From Candidatus Magasanikiibacteriota bacterium (GTDB lineage: Bacteria; Patescibacteriota; Patescibacteriia; Magasanikbacterales; GWA2-37-8): a DNA stretch of 64,000 nucleotides. Under the pieces are notes generated by a model that saw only the letters and a program-made list of their open reading frames with translations, ran no database searches and was not told the origin of the DNA. The DNA lies in contig DAIOHD010000001.1 in NCBI GenBank assembly GCA_036744835.1, forward strand, positions 611,910 through 675,909. The letters run 5' to 3'. Made by a program: the position numbers and the translations under genes. Shown here piece after piece: positions 46,573 to 55,790 of the stretch. How positions within the stretch are numbered: position 1 is the first letter of the stretch; every line of letters starts with the position of its first letter.

Positions 46573-49500
46573 TCGGATAACAATTGAATAGATTAAATAT
46601 AAGTATTTCTTTTATTACTTTTTTCTTATTAGGAAGTTTTTCCAATAGAATTGGCAACACAGAAATCGCTGACTGTGCACCATCAGTAGATTGATATTGA
46701 TAATTTGGCTCAGACGTTATAATAGCTAATTCCAAAACTACATCAAAACAGAAACGTAGTTCTTTTTCTGTAAGCTTATCTGAGAAATCTTTTATCATTG
46801 CAGAACAAACTTCCGCTGGAATAGAATTATTAAGAAGATAAAAACCTTCTTCTTCTGAGTGTTCAAGCTTAAAAGACTCTGGTTTTTTAGATATTTTTAA
46901 TTTTGTAATGATTTCTTCAGCTTCTTTAAGTGCAAGCTTCGGATCATCTTCGTATTGTTTATATTGTTTATATTTTTCATCGTTTCTGATTCTGTAATTT
47001 GCCCACAATTTCAACTGGGTATACTTCATAGGCTCAGAGCTTTTTGCAAGTGATTTTTCACTATATTCTTTTAGTTCTGGGTCAATTTCTGGATTAAAAC
47101 TAATTAAATATCCATTCTCATTTTTTTCTGAAGCAATATTCATCTTTCTTCTATCCATTCTTGCAAGATAAAGCCTCCATGTTTTATCAGACTCTGTTTC
47201 AATTGATGGATCGGGTAATTTTTTATAGTAGTCATCTAATATTTCCCATAATTCTTTTTGTCTGTTTTTTGAATCTTCTTCGTCTACACCTTCACCTCTA
47301 AATAACTGGTAATTCAAGAATAGATTTTCTAGAGATAATTTTCGGTGTTTCTCGTCGCATGCCTGTATTCTTTCTGCTTCATGAAATTCATTTTTTGAGT
47401 TACCGCCACCAAATACCTTTAATGATTGAAGCATACCTTTATGCCCTTGGTCTAAAACCAATCTACCGGTATCACAAAAGAAAAAATCTTTTGTTTTGAA
47501 AAGAATTTTAGCAATATTAAAAGTTTTTTCAGGGTAGGCCAACACAATACTTGCCACCACTGCCGATATAGAGGTAGACCTTGAATTTTTAATAAGATAA
47601 AAAAGCCAACTCTCTAAGGCTTTTGAATCAGTAGCCTTTCCGTTTTCAAGGAAAAACTTTTCTAATGCCATGTGCATAGATTGCAAAACATATGGCGCTG
47701 GTGCCGATGATCCTCTATACATATTCCAAAGCCTTCCATTTCTGCTGTCGTATTGTTTTATTGTGTTTTCTTTTTCAATAAATATCTCAACTTCTTTAAC
47801 TTCATATTTGGCAAATTCAGTTTTAGCAAAATAATCTACTGATTTATTCGTAAATTTTAAAATAAAGTCTATTGTTTCCTGAAGCGAAGATTGCAGCAGC
47901 CAATAAATGGGAGTTTGATATGAGCTAGCAGGAAAATAGTCTAAATGTTCATCTTCCATGTCAAAATGTTCTTCCATACCTATTCCAGGGCGGCTATAGT
48001 AACAATCTTCCTTTGGAGTAAATGACCAAAATAAATCAGCCAGTTGCAATACATACTTAGGAAGTGTCTTAGCAACGGCTACACCTTCAAGTTTCGTTAA
48101 AATCATTTCAGACAAATCATTGTATGGATCTCTGTGATTCTTCCATTTATTCTTTAGAATTTCTTTTAAAATTTCTTCTAGCTCGTTTTTGATTTCAAGG
48201 GTGCTATAAAGAATCGTCTGCAATAAATTGTTTTTTGTACCATCGTCAGAAATAAAAATATCTTCTTTTATAGTCCATTGATAGTACTTTAATGCAATTA
48301 AACCAGAATATTTCGTAGTTTCTCCCTCCTTAAACTTACTAGTCCAATCATGAATTATTGGCAAAATAAAATGGATGTTTTGAGTGCCTATTTTATCAAA
48401 ATTATCAAAAACAAATTTTATAAGACATTCCCATCCCTGTCCTTTTGGTTTCGTTAAAACATACTTTAAAGAAAAAACATTTAGGTTTTTAATCCCAAGT
48501 TGTCCAAAAAAATCGTTATCAACTTCCTTACATGCAATTCTTAATAGGAAAAATATTCTATGCAATAAACTCTCCTCGTATTTATAATCAACAGTTACTG
48601 ATTGAACAACCTTGGATGAATTATCATATTTAACAATCTTTTGAGGTGCACTCAATAATTCATTTTTGAAAAGATCAAAAAACACACAAGAGAAATCAGA
48701 AAGAAGAACAGAAACCAATATCTCATCTTTCCAGAATGATTCTATATCTTTATTTTTTATAACCTGCTCAATAAATTCTTTGATGTTTTTATCCTGTAGC
48801 AACAATTTTTCAGACAGCCATTTTCTGAATGCCCGACGCATAGGCAAAGAACTGCCTATATTTTGAAAGAAAGATTTAATGTCAGATTTTTTCCCGGACT
48901 CTACTTCAATATTTTTTTCTAATGCCCATTCTTCATAAATATCATGCGTAATAAAATATCCACGCGGTGATTCATATCCTAAAATTCCATCCTTTTTTAA
49001 TTCATCCAAAATACTCGACTCACAATTGGGGGTGATAAAAAATTGTCCTTCATCCGCTCTTTGAAAGGCTATTTTCAAAAAACATTGCTCTCTTGCAGGC
49101 TTTGATTTAATAATTATCTTATTCCATAATTTATCTTTAAACTCCGTATAGTTAATTTGCTCTCCTTCTTTATAGAATTTTAAATATTCATTTAGATAAA
49201 ATGGATTTTTGATGAGATCTGCCAATTTTTCATCACTAGGAAGTGCGAAACTATACGAAGCAGAGAGAGAATTTAATCCTGTTATGTCTAAATTCTGAAT
49301 ATTTATGTTTAGAGGTGCAATTTTATAAATTTCAAAAAATTGATAATTTAAGTCTTCTAAATAATTATCTCTTGTTGTAAAGATAATTTTCCAGTTTTCC
49401 TTTATTAAGATTGTTAAAAATTCTTTGAAAGGATCTGTATTTTTTAAATCCAGCAATTTTTCCGCAGAATCAATTACAATAATTTTTTCCGTTTCTTCTT

Positions 49501-50296
49501 TGTGCCCATCCAAGAATTCTTGGAAGCTATAGCCTGTAAAAAAATCACTTATATTTCTTAATTCAAATTCGGTTGCTTTGAAAAGATAGAAAGGAATATT
49601 ATCTTTCGTTCCCTCGTAAAAATCCTTGATGACTGCCGTTTTCCCAACTCCACCTACACCACTTAAAATCAATACTTTTTCTTGACTGATCCTAATTTTT
49701 ACTAAATCATCATTCCTGTCAATTTTAATATTTTGATTATTAAAAGTAATAGATGTTTGTATCTCGTTTAAGATATTTTCCGAATGGTCTCGTTGATTTT
49801 TTATCAGATCAAAAATACTTTTACCCAGACTAAAAAAATGTTTAGCTATGATTTCACTATCTACGGACACAAAAGGTGATTCAAAATAACTAGCCACATT
49901 CCATACTAATTTAATTCCGAGTTCATTCGCTTTTTTCTCAACATCTGTTTTTCCTTGTGGCTCCTTACCTTTATTTTGACCCCATTCTTGATTGGTATAA
50001 AAAACAAATTTTGTAATATTGGGATAATCTCTTTTAGCCTTTTCTAGAGCACCAATAACATCAGTCTTACATGTAGTTTTTGATAAAGAATCACCGTAAA
50101 ATTTAGCCTGCCACCCGATCATTTCCTCTCCATCTTTTATTGGATCGTTTTCTATAGCAGATTGATTTTTATAACGAAATATACCAGTATCTTTTTTATA
50201 TTCTCTGCAAAATAATAAGTAGCAAAACCACTCAAAATTACTTTGAGGATTTTCGCTAAATTTTGCTTCAAATATTTTCCAGTTTGGCTTTATCAT
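46448..50296 (-). CDS. Large (1282 aa) STAND-like P-loop NTPase: N-terminal ~200-aa domain of unknown function, central Walker A/B NTPase, long C-terminal alpha-helical region (candidate antiviral STAND/Avs-like defence protein)
   Basis: Walker A 'ILSGVGGVGKTAV' at ~aa 205-217 and Walker B 'KIIVIDSAEKL' ~60 aa downstream. The remaining ~950 aa are predicted helical-repeat-like. The tripartite layout is typical of NACHT/STAND proteins. Confidence 0.65.
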   Translation of the reverse strand: MIKPNWKIFEAKFSENPQSNFEWFCYLLFCREYKKDTGIFRYKNQSAIENDPIKDGEEMIGWQAKFYGDSLSKTTCKTDVIGALEKAKRDYPNITKFVFYTNQEWGQNKGKEPQGKTDVEKKANELGIKLVWNVASYFESPFVSVDSEIIAKHFFSLGKSIFDLIKNQRDHSENILNEIQTSITFNNQNIKIDRNDDLVKIRISQEKVLILSGVGGVGKTAVIKDFYEGTKDNIPFYLFKATEFELRNISDFFTGYSFQEFLDGHKEETEKIIVIDSAEKLLDLKNTDPFKEFLTILIKENWKIIFTTRDNYLEDLNYQFFEIYKIAPLNINIQNLDITGLNSLSASYSFALPSDEKLADLIKNPFYLNEYLKFYKEGEQINYTEFKDKLWNKIIIKSKPAREQCFLKIAFQRADEGQFFITPNCESSILDELKKDGILGYESPRGYFITHDIYEEWALEKNIEVESGKKSDIKSFFQNIGSSLPMRRAFRKWLSEKLLLQDKNIKEFIEQVIKNKDIESFWKDEILVSVLLSDFSCVFFDLFKNELLSAPQKIVKYDNSSKVVQSVTVDYKYEESLLHRIFFLLRIACKEVDNDFFGQLGIKNLNVFSLKYVLTKPKGQGWECLIKFVFDNFDKIGTQNIHFILPIIHDWTSKFKEGETTKYSGLIALKYYQWTIKEDIFISDDGTKNNLLQTILYSTLEIKNELEEILKEILKNKWKNHRDPYNDLSEMILTKLEGVAVAKTLPKYVLQLADLFWSFTPKEDCYYSRPGIGMEEHFDMEDEHLDYFPASSYQTPIYWLLQSSLQETIDFILKFTNKSVDYFAKTEFAKYEVKEVEIFIEKENTIKQYDSRNGRLWNMYRGSSAPAPYVLQSMHMALEKFFLENGKATDSKALESWLFYLIKNSRSTSISAVVASIVLAYPEKTFNIAKILFKTKDFFFCDTGRLVLDQGHKGMLQSLKVFGGGNSKNEFHEAERIQACDEKHRKLSLENLFLNYQLFRGEGVDEEDSKNRQKELWEILDDYYKKLPDPSIETESDKTWRLYLARMDRRKMNIASEKNENGYLISFNPEIDPELKEYSEKSLAKSSEPMKYTQLKLWANYRIRNDEKYKQYKQYEDDPKLALKEAEEIITKLKISKKPESFKLEHSEEEGFYLLNNSIPAEVCSAMIKDFSDKLTEKELRFCFDVVLELAIITSEPNYQYQSTDGAQSAISVLPILLEKLPNKKKVIKEILIFNLFNCYPIDMAGTSFNAFAIIAVQKIWKSSFEDGAVNFIWLFIAKTKI

Positions 50297-50308
50297 AGGA
50301 TTAATTCA

Positions 50309-50950
50309 TTAATTCTTAACCACCCTCACAGCAACTCCATTGACCATATAACTGAAGCTGTTTAAATCTGATTCGTGCAAAATAATCGGCGGTATTTCTC
50401 GCTTTGATTCAGAGATAAGACGAACCTCATGCTTTGCATCGTCTTTGAAGAATTTTTTAAAATTAGCGGCCTCATCGATAATGGACAAAACATAATCACC
50501 GTCGCTCGGTTGTTTTTTACAATCAACTATTACATAATCGCCATCATCTATACTTTCTTTACTGGTACCAACTTTGGCATTATTCAAAGAATCACCGACA
50601 GCCTTAATAGCAATCAAACCATCAGGTCGTGATCTGCCAACAGACTTTTGGGAAATTTTAAGATAGCCCTGAATGTTTTCTTGCGCCAATTCAGTAGCAG
50701 GACCACAATTAGCGGAACCGAGTACTGGAATATTAAAAAAACTATCCACTGAGAACGCTTTTGGTTTAGCTACTCTCTGTCTTTTCTTAGTATCAAAATA
50801 TAACAACCCCTTCTTCTTGAGCTGTTCAAGATGGTAGATAACTGTTTGGGGATTGGGAATACCAAGTTCACGGCCTATTTCCCTAAAAGTCATCTTGGAA
50901 ATATCCTTTTTCTTAGCTAAATCTATTATTTTTTGCTGGTTTTCGTTCAT
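50309..50950 (-). CDS. LexA/phage-cI-like repressor (winged-HTH + S24 peptidase domain)
   Basis: N-terminal 'MTFREIGRELGIPNPQTVIYHLEQLKKKG' (HTH) and C-terminal 'AVGDSLNNAKV...DGDYVIV...DGDYVL' (S24 Ser-Lys dyad fold). It is divergent from the MTase gene. Confidence 0.75.
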   Translation of the reverse strand: MNENQQKIIDLAKKKDISKMTFREIGRELGIPNPQTVIYHLEQLKKKGLLYFDTKKRQRVAKPKAFSVDSFFNIPVLGSANCGPATELAQENIQGYLKISQKSVGRSRPDGLIAIKAVGDSLNNAKVGTSKESIDDGDYVIVDCKKQPSDGDYVLSIIDEAANFKKFFKDDAKHEVRLISESKREIPPIILHESDLNSFSYMVNGVAVRVVKN

Positions 50951-51007
50951 AAGGCTTGTTTATAATTTATTATTAACTACTTCTAGTATAATCTAAACCG
51001 TTTCTAA

Positions 51008-51044
51008 TGTCAATGAATTATTATTGACACCGTTGACAGTCAAT
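51008..51044. promoter_or_regulatory. Palindromic operator candidates: TGTCAAT-N8-ATTGACA and TTGAC-A-GTCAA in the repressor/MTase divergent intergenic region
   Basis: Perfect 7-nt inverted repeat at 51008-51014/51023-51029. Adjacent perfect palindrome TTGACAGTCAA at 51034-51044. Three TTGACA/TGTCAA half-sites lie within 37 nt. Confidence 0.5.
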
Positions 51045-51304
51045 ACCGCTAGGGTGTATATTTTAAGTAGGTTTGAATACCAAACAACAAACCAAGAACC
51101 TTACGACAATTGAATAGAAATAATGCAACCTAAATAAAAAGCGAGGGCTCATTCCCTCAATTAGGCCGGAGCACTTATTTCACTACACCAAACACGAAAT
51201 GCTTTTTTGTGTTGGAAAAGTGAAATAGGTGCTTTTTATTTTGGTCAGGTCGAGCATTACTCAATTCTTCGTGGTGAGAATTAAAAAATAATTTATAAAA
51301 CAAT

Positions 51305-52633
51305 ATGAACAATCAAAAAATAAACATCGTGGAAGTTCCGATCAATGAACTTCAAGCATCGGAGTATAATCCGCGCAAACATTCCAAAGAGCAATCTGAC
51401 CAACTCAAGGAATCAATTAAAAGATTTGGTATGGTTGATCCAGTAGTTTGCAATAGCGCGCCAGAAAGAAAGAACGTCATTATTGGCGGTCACTTCAGAG
51501 TTGAGGTAGCCAAAGAAATGGGTATGGTTAATATTCCAGTAGTCTACGTTCAGATAGCCGACTTAAATAAAGAAAAAGAATTAAACCTCCGCCTTAATAA
51601 AAATACCGGGGAGTTTGATCTTGAACTGCTCGCTGAATTTGACGAGGCATTTTTAGCCGACATCGGATTTGATAGTCAAGAACTGGATGACATTTTCCCG
51701 ACAGAAGATAATCCCGAACAGTTTGATCTCAAGCAAGAGTTGGAAAAACTAGATATTAAAAGTATCTCTGTACAAAAAGGAGACATCTATGAATTAAATG
51801 GCAGTCGCTTAATGTGCGGCGATTCAACAATAGAGACAGACATGATTAAGCTCATGAACGACAACAAGGCTGATATGTGTTTTACTGACCCACCATACAT
51901 TCTTGATTATCTTAAGGGTAAAACAAAACAAAAAGATGGAGTAACTACAGGTTTCGGGGCAAAGAAAAATCGTCGTTATCTTGAGACCGACGTTTTACCC
52001 GATAACTTTACCGAATTATGGATGGGAAACATAAGCAAAATCGCAAAAGATAATTTTGCCATTATTGTTTATGAGAATTGGAAGAATATCCGCACTATTT
52101 GGAACGAAATGGAAAAGTATTGGAAAGTTAAAAACATGATCGTATGGCATCTGCCTAATAGAGTTCAAGGATTTTCAGCTAAGTATAAATTCTTCAACAA
52201 GCACGATATTGCTATGGTCGGAGCAACTGACGACAGGATGCTCAATGAATCGGACGAAATAGAATTATTAGAAAATGAATACGAGACGGCTCTTTACGCA
52301 ATATCTGGGAAACCACACTGGGAATCATATGAAAAAGGAAAGAAAATTTGTCCAACTGATTTTATAGAATATGTTTCGGCAGATGAAAAATCATCAGGGC
52401 AAGGAGTAATTTTTGGGACCAAGCCCCTAGAGATACTCATTCCTTACATAAAAGTCCTGACTAAACGAGAAGACTTAGTGGTAGAACCATTTGGTGGTAG
52501 TGGATCAACTTTAATAGCGGCAGTTAAAATGCATCGCCGTTGTTATCTTATGGAGAAAAGTCCAACTTACGCCCAAGTAATACTTAAACGCTGGGAAAAA
52601 GAAACTGGCAAGAAGCCTGTAAAAATAAACTAA
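51305..52633 (+). CDS. ParB-like nuclease domain fused to a DNA N6-adenine/N4-cytosine methyltransferase (DPPY ... FGGSG order)
   Basis: N-terminal ParB/Srx-like 'IIGGHFRVEVAKEMGMVNIPV'. MTase motif IV 'FTDPPY' (~aa 195) precedes motif I 'VVEPFGGSGSTLIAA' (~aa 395), the beta-class order. No cognate restriction endonuclease is seen, so this looks like an orphan/phage-type MTase. Confidence 0.8.
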   Translation: MNNQKINIVEVPINELQASEYNPRKHSKEQSDQLKESIKRFGMVDPVVCNSAPERKNVIIGGHFRVEVAKEMGMVNIPVVYVQIADLNKEKELNLRLNKNTGEFDLELLAEFDEAFLADIGFDSQELDDIFPTEDNPEQFDLKQELEKLDIKSISVQKGDIYELNGSRLMCGDSTIETDMIKLMNDNKADMCFTDPPYILDYLKGKTKQKDGVTTGFGAKKNRRYLETDVLPDNFTELWMGNISKIAKDNFAIIVYENWKNIRTIWNEMEKYWKVKNMIVWHLPNRVQGFSAKYKFFNKHDIAMVGATDDRMLNESDEIELLENEYETALYAISGKPHWESYEKGKKICPTDFIEYVSADEKSSGQGVIFGTKPLEILIPYIKVLTKREDLVVEPFGGSGSTLIAAVKMHRRCYLMEKSPTYAQVILKRWEKETGKKPVKIN

Positions 52634-52634
52634 T

Positions 52635-53150
52635 ATGGTTGACGACAAGACAAAACAAAAACTGCTCAAAGAACTTGAAAAAAGCGGCAATGTTTGGTCG
52701 TCTTGTCTTAAATTGAATGTTCACAGATCAACATATTATCGCTGGAAAGAAACGGACAAAGAGTTTAGACGATTGGCTAATACAGCCGAACGACACGGTC
52801 GTGAAAATATGTGTGATATTGCGAAGCACGCTCTCATGCTTAATGTGAAAGATAAAAAAATGGAGGCAATAAAATATGTATTGAGTCACCTGGATCCGCC
52901 GTTCAAGAGAAAGCAGACCAGCAATGTGGTCATACTTCATAAAAAAGATATTATTCCTCCTGTGCCTCAAAAAACACTAGAAGATCTGTTTGATGAATTA
53001 GCAGATAATAAAATAGTTTCTACTGACACTGTGGACTCAAAATCCGTGATGGATAAGCCGCCAGTAACGCTTCAAGAGAATCAAACGCCTTCAGGTAATC
53101 AGAGCTCAAATTCTGCCATTCAGGACACGAAGATGGATAGTAGTACTTAG
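52635..53150 (+). CDS. HTH protein, phage terminase small-subunit-like / IS-type HTH
   Basis: 'LNVHRSTYYRWKETDKEF' is a homeodomain-like HTH, as seen in TerS and IS3 OrfA proteins. It has a low-complexity C-terminus and overlaps the convergent nuclease gene by ~130 nt. Confidence 0.45.
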   Translation: MVDDKTKQKLLKELEKSGNVWSSCLKLNVHRSTYYRWKETDKEFRRLANTAERHGRENMCDIAKHALMLNVKDKKMEAIKYVLSHLDPPFKRKQTSNVVILHKKDIIPPVPQKTLEDLFDELADNKIVSTDTVDSKSVMDKPPVTLQENQTPSGNQSSNSAIQDTKMDSST

Positions 53151-54111
53151 AAGTTCGATATGACGAAGTATAATATTTGCCGGTTGTTTGAGAACTTGCT
53201 TGAGATGAAGATGAATCAGTCACGCTTGAAGTCGTGTCACCGTTGCATGTGTCGGGAGACCATAATCCTCTGAGATTTTGTTGAGCTGATTTCTGAGCCG
53301 CCTTAAAGTCTGCTTGATACTTGTATGGCGTGTTATATGTGTATTCGTGGGCATAACCTTGTTCAATCATATATTTGTTGTAAAACAAACCATCTTCGCG
53401 ATAGATATATGCAAGTCGACGACCATATTTATCCAGCTCGCCCTGAGTTAAATCTGGCTCAAGATGAACCTTCTTGCCACTCAATAATTCTTTGGCCTTA
53501 TTGGATGCCTCTTTGCCAAAACATTGGACTGGTTTTCTCGGATCAACCGTCTCTGGTGTATCCATGCCAATAAGTCGTAAGGTCTCAATCGTACCGCCTA
53601 TATTCACCTTTATAGTGTCGCCATCTACAACGCTTGAAACGGAATAATATTCATATTGTGAATTATTTTGAATTGCTGGAGTCGGAATTGTAGTTGTCTT
53701 TTCTGTTTGAGTCGTCTGAACATTTTTAGTTTGTTGAGCTTCTGTTTTGGGTTGCTCCTCTGTGGTTGTGGTAGATTGATTTTCAATGAGCGCATCAGGT
53801 TTATTGATTTGCGTTGATTCCTTGTTTTCACTTTCAACAGAAGCGCTCTCATTGCTGATTGGCTTTTCTGTTTTTGGAGCAGTTATACCGATACCAAAAA
53901 AAGAAACAATTATTATTGCAGAACAAACAATCGCAATAGTTTTTCTTTTAGGAATAATTTTAATTGCTCGTTTAAAAACAGACGGCTTAATTAATCCGAC
54001 AATTAAAGAGATGATTGATAGCAATAATGTTAATAAAAATATGTAGGTCATATGGTTGGAAAACAAAAAACCAGCTGTCTTATAGCTGGCGATGGAGATA
54101 TGTGGATACAC
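53020..54111 (-). CDS. Membrane-anchored secreted thermonuclease (SNase-like) with Thr/Gln-rich linker
   Basis: N-terminal TM. SNase core 'VVDGDTIKV...TLRLIGMDTPET...CFGKEA...YGRRLAYIY'. C-terminal Ser/Thr-rich region with a Cys pair. Confidence 0.8.
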   Translation of the reverse strand: MYPHISIASYKTAGFLFSNHMTYIFLLTLLLSIISLIVGLIKPSVFKRAIKIIPKRKTIAIVCSAIIIVSFFGIGITAPKTEKPISNESASVESENKESTQINKPDALIENQSTTTTEEQPKTEAQQTKNVQTTQTEKTTTIPTPAIQNNSQYEYYSVSSVVDGDTIKVNIGGTIETLRLIGMDTPETVDPRKPVQCFGKEASNKAKELLSGKKVHLEPDLTQGELDKYGRRLAYIYREDGLFYNKYMIEQGYAHEYTYNTPYKYQADFKAAQKSAQQNLRGLWSPDTCNGDTTSSVTDSSSSQASSQTTGKYYTSSYRTSKYYYPSSCPEWQNLSSDYLKAFDSLEALLAAYPSRILSPQCQ

Positions 54112-54408
54112 AGAACCCCGCGCCAGCTAGACCTTACGGTCCCATACCAGTTTCCCGATATGACCCAACGAAGAGTCGCTGAACGCGGGGTTCAGTATCT
54201 TCGTTGGGGTTTCCCGACCATATCCTTTGGAAAACCAAAGGGGTTAGGTCGCTGGTCTTTCGGCCAGTAATATTAAATTGTTAAGTACATTTTACCAGAA
54301 AATCCAAGGGATTTAAAGGCCTCTGTACTTTAGCTTAATAACAGGGGTTTGCGAAGCCTAAGTTACCAACAACTTATCTACTCGGGACGCTCTGGACTCC
54401 TTTGAGGA

Positions 54409-55755
54409 TTGGCGTCATTCATTAGATATATGAAAATAACAGCCCCAAAGGGCTATGAGGTGGCCCAAATACAGCCTCAAACGGTCAAAGTCAGATATTG
54501 CCTGTATGCCCGTAAATCAACGGAATCCGAGGAAAGGCAGGTACTTTCCATAGATTCACAGATAAAAGAGATGCTTCAGCTCGCTGAACGAGAATGTTTA
54601 GAAGTAGTCTGTATGAAGCGAGAAAGTCATTCAGCCAAGGAAACTGGACAAAGACCAGTCTTTAACGAGATTATCGAAGAAATACGAGCCAAGAAGTATA
54701 ACGCCATTCTCACTTGGGCTCCTGATCGTATTTCAAGAAATGCCGGAGACTTAGGAAAAATCGTGGATTTAATGGATGCGGGACTATTACAAGAAATCAG
54801 AACCTTTGGACAAAAATTCTCAAACAATCCAAATGAAAAATTTTTGCTGATGATTCTCGGTTCGCAAGCAAAACTTGAAAACGACAACAGAGGCGTAAAC
54901 GTAAAACGCGGATTACGAACAAGAGTAGAAATGGGATTGTGGCCGGGTGTAGCCCCACTCGGATATTTGAATCAAAATTTGATGGATAAAAAATGCCAAG
55001 TGATTGTTGATCCGCAACGAGCCCCAGCAATTAAGAAAATATTTGAAAAAGTAGCATACGAGCATTACTCAGGTAGAAAGTTATACAACTGGTTACGGCA
55101 CGAATTAAATTTCTATACCCGAGGAAATAAGCCACTAACGCTAAGCGGTATATACAGGATTTTGGATAACCATTTCTATTACGGCACGTTTGAATCACCG
55201 AAAGGTAGCGGTAATTGGTATCAAGGAAAACACGTGCCAATCATAACTCAAGAACTATTTGAAAAAGCTCAGGCACAGCTTAAGCGAGACAATATTCAGC
55301 GAGAGAATAAAGAATTTGCTTTCACGAAGCTATTTACATGCGGATATTGCGGAAGTGGAATATCTGCAGAAGAAAAATGGAAACAGCTTAAAGACGGAAC
55401 GCACGCCAAATACATCTACTATTCATGTAGCAGAGCGAGAAATAGAAATTGCAAAAATCACTATATACGAGAGGAAGATTTAATAACTGAATTACTCAAG
55501 ATATTAGATAAGGTAAATATAAATGAGCTTGGTATGAGGCAAAAACTAGAAGATGAAATAGCACGATTCAATATTTTCCGAAGGTCAGTTCTTGGTGCAA
55601 CAGAAAAGATTAAAAACAATCAAGATACCGACATAAGAAACTTTGCCAAGTATATTCTAAAAGAAGGCACGATTGGCGAAAAAAGAGAGTTGTTGGCAAA
55701 CCTGAGATCGAGAATAATTTACAAAGATAAACAACTTACACTGATTGAGGAATAA
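54409..55755 (+). CDS. Large serine recombinase (resolvase catalytic domain + recombinase domain + Zn-ribbon)
   Basis: 'YCLYARKSTESEERQVLSIDSQ' is the catalytic Ser motif. There is a central recombinase domain. C-terminal 'CGYCGSGIS...YYSCSRARNRNCKN' is a zinc ribbon. ~448 aa. Confidence 0.85.
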   Translation: MASFIRYMKITAPKGYEVAQIQPQTVKVRYCLYARKSTESEERQVLSIDSQIKEMLQLAERECLEVVCMKRESHSAKETGQRPVFNEIIEEIRAKKYNAILTWAPDRISRNAGDLGKIVDLMDAGLLQEIRTFGQKFSNNPNEKFLLMILGSQAKLENDNRGVNVKRGLRTRVEMGLWPGVAPLGYLNQNLMDKKCQVIVDPQRAPAIKKIFEKVAYEHYSGRKLYNWLRHELNFYTRGNKPLTLSGIYRILDNHFYYGTFESPKGSGNWYQGKHVPIITQELFEKAQAQLKRDNIQRENKEFAFTKLFTCGYCGSGISAEEKWKQLKDGTHAKYIYYSCSRARNRNCKNHYIREEDLITELLKILDKVNINELGMRQKLEDEIARFNIFRRSVLGATEKIKNNQDTDIRNFAKYILKEGTIGEKRELLANLRSRIIYKDKQLTLIEE

Positions 55756-55790
55756 CAAAAATACACGATCGACTTGTGTATTTTTGTTTA

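Noticed and set aside
52635-53150. Calling the HTH protein a transposase (IS3 OrfA-like) and hence an IS element
   Set aside because: There is no adjacent DDE transposase ORF or terminal inverted repeats. An HTH of TerS/IS3 type alone is insufficient.
54052-54270. 72-aa Gly/Arg-rich ORF in the GC-rich patch
   Set aside because: Its composition-driven translation (WGFPTISFGKPKGLGRWSFGQ) lies in a region dominated by perfect hairpins. It is more likely non-coding. It is kept as a finding for the region, not as a gene.
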